From: an uncultured Clostridia bacterium
Lineage (GTDB): Bacteria; Bacillota; Clostridia; TANB77; CAG-508
Direction: 5' to 3'
Assembly (NCBI GenBank): GCA_947632185.1
Contig: CANROH010000002.1
Coordinates: 1 to 55,117 of the forward strand
DNA: 55,117 bases
Below are positions 9,542-19,987 of this stretch, piece by piece (positions within the stretch are counted from its first letter, which is position 1; the number at the start of each line of letters is the position of its first letter). The translations under genes and the position numbers were made by a program. The notes under the pieces were generated by a model, which saw nothing but the letters and a program-made list of their open reading frames with translations, made no database searches and had not been told where the DNA came from.

Positions 9542-12500
9542 CTTGCTTTTCTAACTCTTTTAAGTTTTTTACTCCATTTTCTGATTCATCTTCCAATGAT
9601 AGAAATGTACTATATGGTGAAACTACGATATCTTCATCTAATCCTCTCTTTAGTCCAAGCCAAGGAATTCCAAACGCCTTATATTGATAATTATTATTTA
9701 AATCTCTAAGATTAAAGGCTGATTCTGATATTCCCCATGGTACACCTAATTTTTTACAATATTCAATTTGGCTCATTATAGCAAATTTGCATGCTTCATC
9801 TAACAGGCTTCCCTTATATCTTTTTAAATTAACATTTGGCATCAAATATTCAAAAGCTGTTCCTGTCCAAGATACCAATCCCTTATATCCATTTAAACTC
9901 GTAAGAGTCCTACTTAAACTATTCCAATGTTTTACTGGAACATCACCTTTTGCAATTGCAATAATACTTGCTTGTCTTGCTTCAGATGCTAAAAAATCAT
10001 AATAAGAATCTGTTAATTTATTTTCTTCTAAATTATATCCTATAGATAGTAATTTATTTTTTTCACTATATAATTTAGTAAAATCAGTATTATTGATTAA
10101 ATCTGTTATTGTATTTATAATATTTTCAAAATCACCCTTGTTTCTGTTTTCTATAAAAAATTCTTTTACTATATATAAATATCCGACAAAATTTCCACTA
10201 TCCACAGTTGAAATATATCTAGGAATTAATGGCATTAATGTTTTTGTATTATACCAATTATATAAATGTCCATTCCATTTACTAAGACCACTTATTGTTG
10301 CTAAAATCTTATTTAAATATTCTGCTGTTTTCTTAAAATTTATATATCCTAAATCATATGCAGAAATAATGGCTAAAAGTTCTAATCCAATATTAGTTGC
10401 AGATGTTCTATTTACAATTTTTTTATTTCTATCTTCCTGATAATTATCAGGCATTAAATAATTATTTTCTTCATTTACATAGTCTTCAAAAAAGTTCCAC
10501 GTCCTTTTACCAATCTCATTTAAATATCTTTTATCTGGTTCGGACAACTCTTGTTTTTTATAATTATCTAGACTTATATACCAAGCAAATATTGGGCCTA
10601 TTATCCATAAAATTCCCAAAACTTTAGAAATTGCTGAAGGCAATAATAAAAATATGATACCTAAAATTGGATTAATAGCCATTTCTTTATAATGATAATT
10701 TAAATCTGTTTTTGCTTTTTTCTCTCCATCTTCTGCAGTAACCCATTCTAACATTTTAGTTTTATAAGTCATTCTATATAAACTTCTAATTATAGCATCT
10801 AAATTTTTAAAGGTCTCATAAGGTAATAAAATTATCTGCAAAACTATTCTAATAATACTTATTTTTATACTATTTAATTCTTTAGAAAACTTTTTATATG
10901 CATAAACACTACCTGTTATATTACTCTCTTTAAAAATAATATAATTTATAATATCTATTAAATACGGAATTGTTACTCCTATAATTGATAAGGAAATTAA
11001 TGCCATGTTTACAGAATTATTTTTAATTATATTTAAAACACTTATAAAAATTAATACAAAACAAAAAACTTGAAGCAAACTTCTTCTCAAATTATCAAAA
11101 ATTTTAAATTTTGAAATTTCATTTAGTCTACTATTATTTAGCCATCTTATAATCTGCCAATCTCCTCTTGTCCATCTATGGTTTCTTAAAATATATGGTA
11201 TATAGCGTGTTGGATAACCATCTAAAAGCATAACATCTGTTAAAAGTCCACAACGCAAAAAATTTCCTTCTAACAGATCATGGCTTAAAATTGTATTTTC
11301 AGGAAATTCTGTTTTTAAAATTTTGTTATAAATTTCTACATTGTAAATTCCTTTACCTGTAAAAATTCCTTCCTCAAAATAATCCTGATAAATATCTGAA
11401 ATTGCATTTGTATAAAAATCTATTCCACCTTTCATGCTAAAAAGTTCTATAAATAAACTTTTCTGTGAAAGTGATAAATCCATTCCTATTCTTGGTTGCA
11501 TAATTCCATATCCGTCAATTACTCTATCATCTTTAATAATTGGAATATTTAAAATATGGCTCATAGCACCTATAAGTTTTGACGCTGTATTTAAATTTAA
11601 ATTTGTGTCACTATCAAGAGTTATAATATATTTAATATTTGGAAGTTTTTGTCTTTCTTTCTCTATAGTATTTTCTAAAAAATCATTTTCAATTTGTTTC
11701 TTTATATATTTATTAAAAGTAGATAACAAACCTCTTTTTCTTTCCCAACCAATATATGCCTCTTCTCCTGAATTCCACACTCTTTGCCTATATAGAAAAT
11801 GAAATTTACTAAATTTATCAGTTCTATATTTATCATTAAGTTTTTGACAAATTTCAATACCACTTGCTACGACTTCACTATCAAAATCTTTTACTTTTGT
11901 ATTTTCTTGTGAACAATCTCCTAAAAGAGCAAAATATAAATTTTCAGATTTATTTGCTAAATAATATACCTCTAGTTTTTCAAACATTTCTTTTACTTTA
12001 TCTTTTGACTTTAAAATTGTTGGAATTACTACAAAGGTACTATTATATTCTGGAATTCCCTTATCGTAATCCATTTTGGGAAGCATTGTTGGAGATTTAA
12101 ATTTGCTCATAATATAATTTTCTATTCTAATAAAAATTTCTGATATTGGAATATATGATAAAATCGATACAATAGTTGATATATAATAATTATGTGTTTT
12201 TGCAAATATCATAACATATTCTATAAAACAAAAATATAAAGGAATTAATATGTTTGATGCAATATATAATCTAGATTTTTGATTAGTTGTTAATTTCTTA
12301 TAACTTTTAATTTCTAATGCTTCATTTAATTCTTTTATTCCATCATATTTTAATAAATAGTAACCAACATGTGATTTTTTTAATTCTGTTAATTCCTTTG
12401 CATCTTTATATCTCTGACAAAGCTCAATTATTTTTTCTGATATATATATTTCTGATATTTTGGTTTTTCTTGCTTTATTTTCTATTAATCTTCTATAATA

Positions 12501-13460
12501 GCTTTTACTTTCTTCATCTTGTTTTGGATAAATTCCTGAAGGATCTAATTTTAATATTTCTTCAGATGCATTCATATAGCTAAACAATTCTGAAAAGTCG
12601 ATTCTATTAATTTCTTTTATACTTGTTATACAATTTCCCATTGTTATTTTAATATTAGCAATATTAAAATGCTCTTTTTGTATTACTTCTGAAATAGAAA
12701 GTCCTGTTTTTTGTACTTCTTTTTCCAAAATATTTTGATATACAATTGCCTTTTTACCATATTTTTTTAATTTATAAGACAAATATTCTATAAAAGGGTA
12801 TTTTATAGTTTCCTCTGTAACTCTCAAATGTTTATTATTATTTGTAAATTCCAAATTTGATCCGTTTTTTCTTTCTACTAATCTTTCTATAATGCTTTCT
12901 GCTTTATACTTTTGAATTTGAGAAGAATATATTTTTTCACATAGTTCTCTAATTTTAGCAATTATAGATATCTTAATAAAAACTCCAACATTTGAAAGTT
13001 CCTCCATACTAAGTAATTTTTTCTTTTGATAATTTTTAAGTGCTATGTCTATAAGTTCTCTATCAACCTTGCAATCTGAAAAAGCAACTATTTCTTCCGC
13101 TAAAACATAAATTCTAGCAAATCCAAAATATCTGTCATTTGATAATCCTATCATTTTTTTATACTTTTTTAAAGGTAATTCTTTTTGAATCACCTTTACA
13201 GTTTCTTCTATTATATAAAAATTATCTAATATCCACTCACCAGCTGCATGTATTTTTATTCCTAACTTTAGATGTTTAGTAAGCAAATTATAAGTTTCTA
13301 AGATAAAATTATAATCATCTAACAAACGACGAATTGGGTAAGTATTTTTACTTGAAAAACTTCTTATACTATGTTCTGATGCCACTTTCTCTATATGTTT
13401 TGCAAACTGATTTTTATCTAAAAGAGTTCCATTCATGTTTAATTTTTTATTCTTATTCAT
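9528..13460 (-). CDS. Cyclic beta-1,2-glucan synthase-like protein, N-terminal part (membrane GT84-type glycosyltransferase plus glucoamylase-like region)
   Basis: Motifs FVVIPTIL...YFALLGD, ITLDSDTNL, HRWTRGDWQ and TSATNIGLELLA, as in Cgs/NdvB-type enzymes. The ORF ends at ...LKELEKQGATR*, inside a conserved block. Confidence 0.75.
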   Translation of the reverse strand: MNKNKKLNMNGTLLDKNQFAKHIEKVASEHSIRSFSSKNTYPIRRLLDDYNFILETYNLLTKHLKLGIKIHAAGEWILDNFYIIEETVKVIQKELPLKKYKKMIGLSNDRYFGFARIYVLAEEIVAFSDCKVDRELIDIALKNYQKKKLLSMEELSNVGVFIKISIIAKIRELCEKIYSSQIQKYKAESIIERLVERKNGSNLEFTNNNKHLRVTEETIKYPFIEYLSYKLKKYGKKAIVYQNILEKEVQKTGLSISEVIQKEHFNIANIKITMGNCITSIKEINRIDFSELFSYMNASEEILKLDPSGIYPKQDEESKSYYRRLIENKARKTKISEIYISEKIIELCQRYKDAKELTELKKSHVGYYLLKYDGIKELNEALEIKSYKKLTTNQKSRLYIASNILIPLYFCFIEYVMIFAKTHNYYISTIVSILSYIPISEIFIRIENYIMSKFKSPTMLPKMDYDKGIPEYNSTFVVIPTILKSKDKVKEMFEKLEVYYLANKSENLYFALLGDCSQENTKVKDFDSEVVASGIEICQKLNDKYRTDKFSKFHFLYRQRVWNSGEEAYIGWERKRGLLSTFNKYIKKQIENDFLENTIEKERQKLPNIKYIITLDSDTNLNLNTASKLIGAMSHILNIPIIKDDRVIDGYGIMQPRIGMDLSLSQKSLFIELFSMKGGIDFYTNAISDIYQDYFEEGIFTGKGIYNVEIYNKILKTEFPENTILSHDLLEGNFLRCGLLTDVMLLDGYPTRYIPYILRNHRWTRGDWQIIRWLNNSRLNEISKFKIFDNLRRSLLQVFCFVLIFISVLNIIKNNSVNMALISLSIIGVTIPYLIDIINYIIFKESNITGSVYAYKKFSKELNSIKISIIRIVLQIILLPYETFKNLDAIIRSLYRMTYKTKMLEWVTAEDGEKKAKTDLNYHYKEMAINPILGIIFLLLPSAISKVLGILWIIGPIFAWYISLDNYKKQELSEPDKRYLNEIGKRTWNFFEDYVNEENNYLMPDNYQEDRNKKIVNRTSATNIGLELLAIISAYDLGYINFKKTAEYLNKILATISGLSKWNGHLYNWYNTKTLMPLIPRYISTVDSGNFVGYLYIVKEFFIENRNKGDFENIINTITDLINNTDFTKLYSEKNKLLSIGYNLEENKLTDSYYDFLASEARQASIIAIAKGDVPVKHWNSLSRTLTSLNGYKGLVSWTGTAFEYLMPNVNLKRYKGSLLDEACKFAIMSQIEYCKKLGVPWGISESAFNLRDLNNNYQYKAFGIPWLGLKRGLDEDIVVSPYSTFLSLEDESENGVKNLKELEKQGATR

Positions 13461-13641
13461 AAAATTCCCCTTATGCTATTTTTACGTATTTTTTCCACTT
13501 TTTTATAAAATATGCAAATGATTAATATGTTTTGTAATCTATCTTTTATAATTTTGTTATATATTTTTTTATTTTTCATAAAATTTATTGTAAATATTAT
13601 TATTCATGTATAAAATATGTAAATTTATAAGGAGTTTAGCT

Positions 13642-14352
13642 ATGATTGTTTTAAATAAAAAAAGAATAATTTTTATAAATTTAAGTATTATTATTTCAAT
13701 TTTTATTTATAGTATAAATTCAAAAAATATTGACTTAGATGCACAAATGGCATCATCAACACCTGTTTCAAATCATACTATTATTTTAGATGCTGGTCAT
13801 GGATATCCAGATGGAGGAGCAAGTGGAGAAGATGGATCTATAGAATCAGATCTTAATTTAGACATAGTCCTTAAACTACAAAATTTATTAGAAAGCTCTA
13901 ACTGTAGAGTTATACTTACTCGATCAAATGAAAATGGAATTTATGAAAGCAGTGCAGATACTATTAGGAAACAAAAAATATCAGATATGAAAAATCGTGT
14001 AGATATAGCAAATAATTCAAATGCAGAAATATTTGTGTCAATACATATGAATACATTACCTCAAAAACAGTATAGTGGATGGCAAACTTTTTACAAAAAT
14101 GATGATGAGGAAAGTAAAAAAATTGCCCAAAGCATTCAAACAAACTTAGATAATTATATTGAAAATAACAGTTCTAGAACTATAAAATCTATATCAGGAA
14201 TTTATCTAACAAAAAATGTTACAATTCCTTTAGCTTTAGTAGAATGTGGATTTCTTTCAAATTCAGCAGAAAATAAACTTTTACAATCAGATTCATATCA
14301 AGATAAACTTGCTTGGAGTATTTATGTTGGTATAATGGACTACTTTAAATAA
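13642..14352 (+). CDS. cwlD: N-acetylmuramoyl-L-alanine amidase, CwlD-like
   Basis: Amidase_3 motifs ILDAGHGYPDGGASG, IFVSIHMN and LVECGFLSN, after one N-terminal TM segment. Start MIVLNKK follows AAGGAG; the ORF track starts at 13606. Confidence 0.8.
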   Translation: MIVLNKKRIIFINLSIIISIFIYSINSKNIDLDAQMASSTPVSNHTIILDAGHGYPDGGASGEDGSIESDLNLDIVLKLQNLLESSNCRVILTRSNENGIYESSADTIRKQKISDMKNRVDIANNSNAEIFVSIHMNTLPQKQYSGWQTFYKNDDEESKKIAQSIQTNLDNYIENNSSRTIKSISGIYLTKNVTIPLALVECGFLSNSAENKLLQSDSYQDKLAWSIYVGIMDYFK

Positions 14353-14376
14353 AAGATTAATATATAAAATTTAAAT

Positions 14377-14412
14377 AAAGGCACTAATTAAAATTAGTGT
14401 CTTTATTTTTTT
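14377..14412 (+). terminator. Rho-independent terminator after cwlD
   Basis: Stem aaaggcactaatt / aattagtgtcttt (one G-U pair) followed by a T run. Confidence 0.65.
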
Positions 14413-14493
14413 TATATCTTATATTATAATCTCTATAAACATATAACTTTCTAATATAGACTTACAACCAAAACTAATTGTAAAGGAAAAAAT

Positions 14494-15715
14494 ATGAAAA
14501 AAACTTTTATTAAAATTATATTTGTCTTTATTTTTATATGTATTGCATTAGATTTAATGTTAATTTTATCTAATTATAAAGCCAATTTTAACCATAACTC
14601 TAATATAAACCAAATTGCAAATCAAAATATTAATGAACAAAAAAAATTATCAGAAGAACAGATAGTATCAATTCCTAACGATGTCACAATAAATTTATCT
14701 GTAATAGGTGATATAATGTGTCATAATACACAATATCAAGATGCATATGATGCAAGTGTAAATAATTATGATTTTTCATATGTTTTTGAAGATATAAAAA
14801 AATATATTGAACCGTCTGATTTAGCTATTGGAAATCTTGAAACAACTCTGGCTGGAAAAGAAATAGGATATTCTAGCTACCCAACTTTTAATACTCCAGA
14901 GCACTTAGCTACCGATTTAAAAGAGTTAGGAATTGATGTCTTGTCAACAGCAAATAATCATTCTTTAGATAAAGGATTTTTAGGAATAGAAAATACAATA
15001 AATGAATTAGATAAAGTTGAAATCCTACACACAGGAACTTTCAAATCAGAAGAAGATTCTTTAAAACCATTAATAGTTGAAGTAAAACGGTATAAAAATA
15101 GGTTTTATATCATATACCTATGGAACAAATGGGATATCAATTCCTGAAGATAAAAAATTTTGTATTAATTTAATTGACAATGAGAAAATTATTTCTGATT
15201 TAGAAAATTTAAAAAATGAAAATGTGGACTTAACTATAGCTATAATGCACTGGGGGACAGAATATCAGACAACACCTAACTCAAGTCAAACAGAACTTGC
15301 AAATTTATTAATAGAAAATGGAGTTGACATTATACTAGGAAGTCATCCTCATGTTCTTCAAAAAATGGAACAAAAAGAAGTGTCTTTCGAAAACGGTTCT
15401 CAAAAAGATACTTTTATAATATATTCATTGGGAAACTTTATTTCTGGACAAGTAAAAAATTATACTAAGCAATCCATTATTTTAAATTTACAAATAACAA
15501 AGCACTATGGAAAAAATAAAAAAATCAGTATTGATTCTGTTAGTTATAAACCAATTTATATGTTTGATAAAAATGGACAAAAAAAATATAAACTTCTAGA
15601 TATTGAAAATGAAATAATTAAATATGAAGCAGGCAATCAAAATATAACTGCAAATTTATATAATACTTTAAAATCTGAATTAGAACATATATATACTATT
15701 TTTAGCAATAATTAG
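14494..15715 (+). pseudogene. CapA/PgsA-family (poly-gamma-glutamate capsule-type metallophosphatase) gene with a frameshift
   Basis: Motifs VIGDIMCH, GNLETTL, STANNHSLDKG (first ORF) and HWGTEYQ (second ORF). Reading the +1 frame from 15086 gives NGIKIGFISYTYGTNGISIPEDKK..., continuous with the second ORF. The frame break is at the A4 run 15084-15087. Confidence 0.75.
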
Positions 15716-15744
15716 TATATATAAAATTTATTATAGAGGTGTAT

Positions 15745-15972
15745 ATGGGATTATATAATAGTAAAAAAGATTATGAGGAACTTGTAAAAGAAAATATTAA
15801 TAAAGCTAAACTTCTATATGATCTTCAAGAAGAAGATAAAAAATTAGTAATTGAGCTTCTTAACAAAAAAGAAAAAGTTATAGAAAAAAATGGACTTTTT
15901 GCAAACTTAGAATTAAAAAGAATTGATAAAAAAATTCAAAAAATTCAACATAAATATAAAAAAATTAACTAA
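15745..15972 (+). CDS. Small hypothetical coiled-coil protein
   Basis: 75-aa K/E-rich ORF after AGAGG, followed by a terminator. Confidence 0.4.
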   Translation: MGLYNSKKDYEELVKENINKAKLLYDLQEEDKKLVIELLNKKEKVIEKNGLFANLELKRIDKKIQKIQHKYKKIN

Positions 15973-16004
15973 TTTGCTTATAAAATTTATAAATTAAATA
16001 AAAT

Positions 16005-16036
16005 GGCAAATCAATAAAATTACTCATTGATTTGCC
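16005..16036. terminator. Bidirectional terminator between convergent genes
   Basis: Perfect 11-bp stem ggcaaatcaat / attgatttgcc, flanked by A runs on the left and T runs on the right. Confidence 0.7.
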
Positions 16037-16063
16037 AAAATATTTTTTCATTTATTAATATTT

Positions 16064-17017
16064 TTATCTCATCAAATATGAAAATATAATTGAACTTAAT
16101 TTCAAACTATTATGTCTTATTGTACCATCAGTAGTTGTTAACAAATCATCTTCAATAAGCTCATATCTTGCTTTTCTAATATTTTCATAATCTATTGGAA
16201 CTTGATCTTTTTGTTCTTCTATTTCATATTTTTTTAACATTTCTTTTGGAACTTTTGTATTACTTGCAATAACAACATCTATTGAATCTTTACCTAAATA
16301 CTGCTCTAATACATTAACATGATCACTAACACCAAATCCATCCGTTTCTCCAGGTTGTGTCATTGCATTAGCTATATACATAAGCTTAGCTTTTGCTTTA
16401 TTTATAGCTTCTACAATATCTTTACATATTATGTGTGGCATAACACTTGTATAAAGACTTCCCATACTTAGTATAATTAAATCAGCTTCTCCAATTGCTT
16501 CTATAACTTCTGGTAAAACATGTGGATCTTCTTTATAGAAAAATTTTTTGTATTTCTTATTTGCTTTGGTAATTTCTTCTTCTCCTTCTATCACTTCTCC
16601 ATCAATGGTTTCTCCCATTAATGTTAAACAATCCTCTGAAAGCGGTAATACTTTATGTTTTACAGCTAATATTTTACTTAAATATTCTATACTTGTTTTC
16701 AAACTTCCAGTTTCTCTAATTAAAGATGTTAAAATTAAATTTCCAAGTGCATGACCATTTAAATCACTATATGTAGATAATCTATATTCCATAACATCTC
16801 TTACTTCATCTGGCAAAGTTGATAAATTACTTAAAACTTTTCTTATGTCACCAACAGCTGGAGTAGAAAATTCTTTTCTTAACCTTCCTGTACTTGAACC
16901 ATCATCTGATACTGTAATGACGGCAGTTATATCTACTGGAAAATATTTTAACCCTTTAAGTACAAAAGAAGTTCCTGTTCCTCCACCTAAAATTACTATT
17001 TTTTTATTCTGTTGCAT
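16064..17017 (-). CDS. yvcK: YvcK-like gluconeogenesis factor (CofD/UPF0052 family)
   Basis: ILGGGTGTSFVLKGLK and ITVSDDGSSTGRLR, which are characteristic of YvcK. Confidence 0.85.
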   Translation of the reverse strand: MQQNKKIVILGGGTGTSFVLKGLKYFPVDITAVITVSDDGSSTGRLRKEFSTPAVGDIRKVLSNLSTLPDEVRDVMEYRLSTYSDLNGHALGNLILTSLIRETGSLKTSIEYLSKILAVKHKVLPLSEDCLTLMGETIDGEVIEGEEEITKANKKYKKFFYKEDPHVLPEVIEAIGEADLIILSMGSLYTSVMPHIICKDIVEAINKAKAKLMYIANAMTQPGETDGFGVSDHVNVLEQYLGKDSIDVVIASNTKVPKEMLKKYEIEEQKDQVPIDYENIRKARYELIEDDLLTTTDGTIRHNSLKLSSIIFSYLMR

Positions 17018-17080
17018 ATCAAATTATCTCCTTAAAAAGTATATTCTATTTTATTATATTCTCAAAAATCGTAATTGATA

Positions 17081-17680
17081 CTATATTTCACTTCTTCCTT
17101 CTAAAGCTTTTGTAAGAGTAATTTCATCTGTATATTCCAAATCGCCTCCAACAGGAATTCCTCTAGCAATTCTAGTTGTTTTTACCCCTAATGGTTTGAC
17201 AATCTTTGAAATATACATTGATGTTGCTTCACCCTCAACTCTTGGATTTGTAGCAAGAATTATTTCTTTAACTTGCCCATCCATAATTCTACTAAGCAAT
17301 TCTTTAATTTTTATATCATCTGGTCCTATCCCATTCATTGGAGATATTGAACCATGTAAAACATGATATACGCCATTAAATTCATGTGTTCTTTCCATAG
17401 CAATTACATCTCTAACATCTTCTACAACGCAAATTATAGATTGATCTCTTTTAGGGTTTGAACATATATTACATGGATCAGTATCAGATATATTAAAGCA
17501 TTTTGAACAAAAATGCAAATTTTTCTTTGCACTCAATATAGAATTTGTAAATTCTTCTACATCTTCTAATGGTAAATCTAACATATAAAATGCTAATCTT
17601 TGTGCTGTTTTATGACCAATGGTTGGTAATTTTTCAAAACTTTCTATTAACTTTTCGATTGAAGGTGAATAATATGACAT
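17081..17680 (-). CDS. recR: Recombination protein RecR
   Basis: N-terminal Hh[17 protein letters not shown]4 zinc finger [16 protein letters not shown], and a Toprim region VVEDVRDV. Confidence 0.95.
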   Translation of the reverse strand: MSYYSPSIEKLIESFEKLPTIGHKTAQRLAFYMLDLPLEDVEEFTNSILSAKKNLHFCSKCFNISDTDPCNICSNPKRDQSIICVVEDVRDVIAMERTHEFNGVYHVLHGSISPMNGIGPDDIKIKELLSRIMDGQVKEIILATNPRVEGEATSMYISKIVKPLGVKTTRIARGIPVGGDLEYTDEITLTKALEGRSEI

Positions 17681-17704
17681 TTTATTTTCCTTTACTTACT
17701 TTAA

Positions 17705-18049
17705 TTACATTAATCCTGGTATATTATACTTTCCAAGTGAAGCAGCTTGTGCCTCATCAACTTTTCTTAATGCTTCATTTACACAAGTTATAATTAAATC
17801 TTGTAACATTTCTACATCATCTGGATCGACTACATCCTTTTGTATTGTTATTTCTTTTATTTGTTTATTTCCATTTACCTTAACATATACTGCTCCTCCC
17901 CCAGCTGTAGCATCAAATTCGCTTGAACCTAATTCTTCCTGTGTTTTTTCCATGTCAGCTTGCATTTTTTTAGCTTCTTTCATAAGTTGATTTATATTCA
18001 TTCCTCCAAAGCCTCCCATGCCTCCAGGAAATCCTCCTCTTTTTCCCAT
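17705..18049 (-). CDS. ybaB: Nucleoid-associated protein YbaB/EbfC
   Basis: MGKRGGFPGGMGGFGGMNINQLMKEAKKMQ...GGGAVYVKVNG...I, in the position between dnaX and recR. Start follows AAGGAGGA; the ORF track starts at 18076. Confidence 0.9.
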   Translation of the reverse strand: MGKRGGFPGGMGGFGGMNINQLMKEAKKMQADMEKTQEELGSSEFDATAGGGAVYVKVNGNKQIKEITIQKDVVDPDDVEMLQDLIITCVNEALRKVDEAQAASLGKYNIPGLM

Positions 18050-18121
18050 TTTATAATCCTCCTTTATTTTATTCATAAACTAAATTTAAAAAATTATATG
18101 AATAATTTTATTAATTTAGTA

Positions 18122-19714
18122 TCAGTTATCAATAATATTAATATCTATTCCTAATCCACCTATATCTGATGCTGAATTAGTATCCTGTGGGTTTGAAATT
18201 TTTTTCCCATCTTTATATTTTAAATGCATTTCTTTACCTGTAATATTAAAAATTTCCTTAATTAATTCACTTTTATTATTTGGATCTTCCAATATCTTTT
18301 GATTAAATCCTGTTAGTCCATTTGGAAATTCTATTTCCCATACTAAATCATTTAATTCATTTATTTTTGTATTTATTAAAGATGTATATAATCTTATTTT
18401 ACCTTTTCTTTTTAATGCATCAATGACTTTTTTCCATATATCTGATATATTACCCACATTTTGTTCTTTAGATATTGTTTGTTTTTTTACAGTTTCAAAA
18501 GAATTTTTTTCATTTTCTATTTTAACTGTTTGATTTTTTTCAAATTTCATATTTGATATTTTATTTTCTAGATTTTCTAATCTTTTTTCTAAATTAGAAT
18601 TATTACTATTATCAGAATTATTACTATCAAAAGTATATTCTTTTCTACAAGCTTTTATAATTCCTGTTTGAAACATTATAGTCTTTTGTGAAGACCATTT
18701 TAAATCATTTTCTAAATCAGACAATTGATAAATTATATTTAAAAGTCGTTGTTCCTCAGTAATATCAGCTAATTTCTTTATTTCTTCTATTTCATTTTCA
18801 GAATATAATTTTAAATTACTCGTTGCTTTATACACTAATATATCTTTAAAATATTTTATTATTTCCCATAAAAAATTGTATAAATCTTTTCCATCATTAA
18901 CTACATCATCTATCACTTCTAAAGATTCTATAACATTATATTCCAAAATTCCTTTTGCAATTTTATTTATATATTCTAAACTTGGCAATCCCACTAACTG
19001 TTTTACTTCATTTACTGTAATATTTTCTGCATTTTCTTGGCTACATCTTTCTAAAATACTTATAGCATCTCTCATATGTCCTTCAGAAAGAACTGCTATA
19101 ATTTCTAAAGCTTCTTCATCTATCTTTATGTTAGATTCAGTACAAATAATCTTTAATCTTTTTATTATATCTTGTTCAGATATTCTTTTAAAATCAAACC
19201 TTTGACATCTTGAAAGTATTGTAGTTGGCAACTTCTGAGGTTCTGTAGTAGCTAATATAAATTTAACATGCTCTGGTGGTTCCTCAAGAGTTTTTAATAA
19301 AGCATTAAATGCACCTGCTGAAAGCATATGAACCTCATCTATAATATAAACTCTATATTTAGCTTTTGTTGGCAAAAAATTTACTTCATCTCTAATTAAT
19401 CTAATATCTTCTACACTATTATTTGATGCAGCATCCATTTCTACAACATCTGTTAAAGATCCATCTAATATTTCTTTACAAATTTCACAATTATTGCATG
19501 GCTCTCCATCTTGTGGATTTAAACAATTTACTGCTCTTGCAAGTATTTTAGCAGAAGTTGTTTTTCCTGTTCCTCTACCACCACTAAAAAGATAAGCATG
19601 TCCTACTCTATCTGATATTAGTTGATTTCTTAATGTTCTTGTTATATGTTCTTGTCCAACCATATCAGAAAATTTTAAAGGTCTAAAATTTCTATAAAGA
19701 GCTGTATATGACAT
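18122..19714 (-). CDS. dnaX: DNA polymerase III subunit tau/gamma
   Basis: Walker A GGRGTGKTTSAKILA, zinc module CLNPQDGEPCNNCEIC, Walker B IIDEVHMLS, and KTLEEPP. Confidence 0.95.
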   Translation of the reverse strand: MSYTALYRNFRPLKFSDMVGQEHITRTLRNQLISDRVGHAYLFSGGRGTGKTTSAKILARAVNCLNPQDGEPCNNCEICKEILDGSLTDVVEMDAASNNSVEDIRLIRDEVNFLPTKAKYRVYIIDEVHMLSAGAFNALLKTLEEPPEHVKFILATTEPQKLPTTILSRCQRFDFKRISEQDIIKRLKIICTESNIKIDEEALEIIAVLSEGHMRDAISILERCSQENAENITVNEVKQLVGLPSLEYINKIAKGILEYNVIESLEVIDDVVNDGKDLYNFLWEIIKYFKDILVYKATSNLKLYSENEIEEIKKLADITEEQRLLNIIYQLSDLENDLKWSSQKTIMFQTGIIKACRKEYTFDSNNSDNSNNSNLEKRLENLENKISNMKFEKNQTVKIENEKNSFETVKKQTISKEQNVGNISDIWKKVIDALKRKGKIRLYTSLINTKINELNDLVWEIEFPNGLTGFNQKILEDPNNKSELIKEIFNITGKEMHLKYKDGKKISNPQDTNSASDIGGLGIDINIIDN

Positions 19715-19774
19715 TATTACCTCCTTTAGACTTTGTCTTTAAATTTTTTTATAAAACTTTCTAAATATAGACAT

Positions 19775-19899
19775 AGCTTTCCTTAAGGAAGGCATGCGAA
19801 TCACATAAATACACTACTTATCGCTGCTTTCTTCCGAACCTGACGAGATTCATAGCTTTTTATTGAAGCATACCTTCCTTAAGAAAAGCCACATTAATT
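19775..19899 (-). ncRNA. ffs: Signal recognition particle RNA, short 4.5S-like form
   Basis: The minus strand contains CGUCAGGUUCGGAAGAAAGCAGCG. This matches the conserved SRP domain IV GUCAGGUCCGGAAGGAAGCAGC, including the GGAA tetraloop. It is closed by a long helix, cttaaggaaggtatgc / gcatgccttccttaagg. The position upstream of dnaX is conserved in Firmicutes. Confidence 0.8.
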
Positions 19900-19905
19900 T
19901 AAAAG

Positions 19906-19934
19906 ATTATATAATGGATTTTCTTATTTTGCAA
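19906..19934 (-). promoter_or_regulatory. Putative sigma-A promoter of the SRP RNA
   Basis: The minus strand reads TTGCAA, a 17-nt spacer, then TATAAT, just upstream of the SRP helix. Confidence 0.5.
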
Positions 19935-19987
19935 TACTTTTCATTTAAAAATAATAATTCACAATGTTTTCCAAAAATTAAAAATAC

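Noticed and set aside
6225-12583. About ten plus-strand ORFs of 64-145 aa inside the glucan-synthase genes (e.g. 8460-8897, 10093-10440, 11434-11802)
   Set aside because: They are antisense to a long ORF that contains conserved enzyme motifs. Such open frames are expected by chance when stop-codon content is skewed in AT-rich DNA.
18427-18433. AAAAAAG run in dnaX at about four-fifths of the gene, reminiscent of the E. coli tau/gamma -1 frameshift site
   Set aside because: The zero frame reads tgg aaa aaa gtc (WKKV), so the heptamer is not in the X XXY YYZ phase. I see no downstream stem-loop, and gamma production by frameshifting is not established for Firmicutes.
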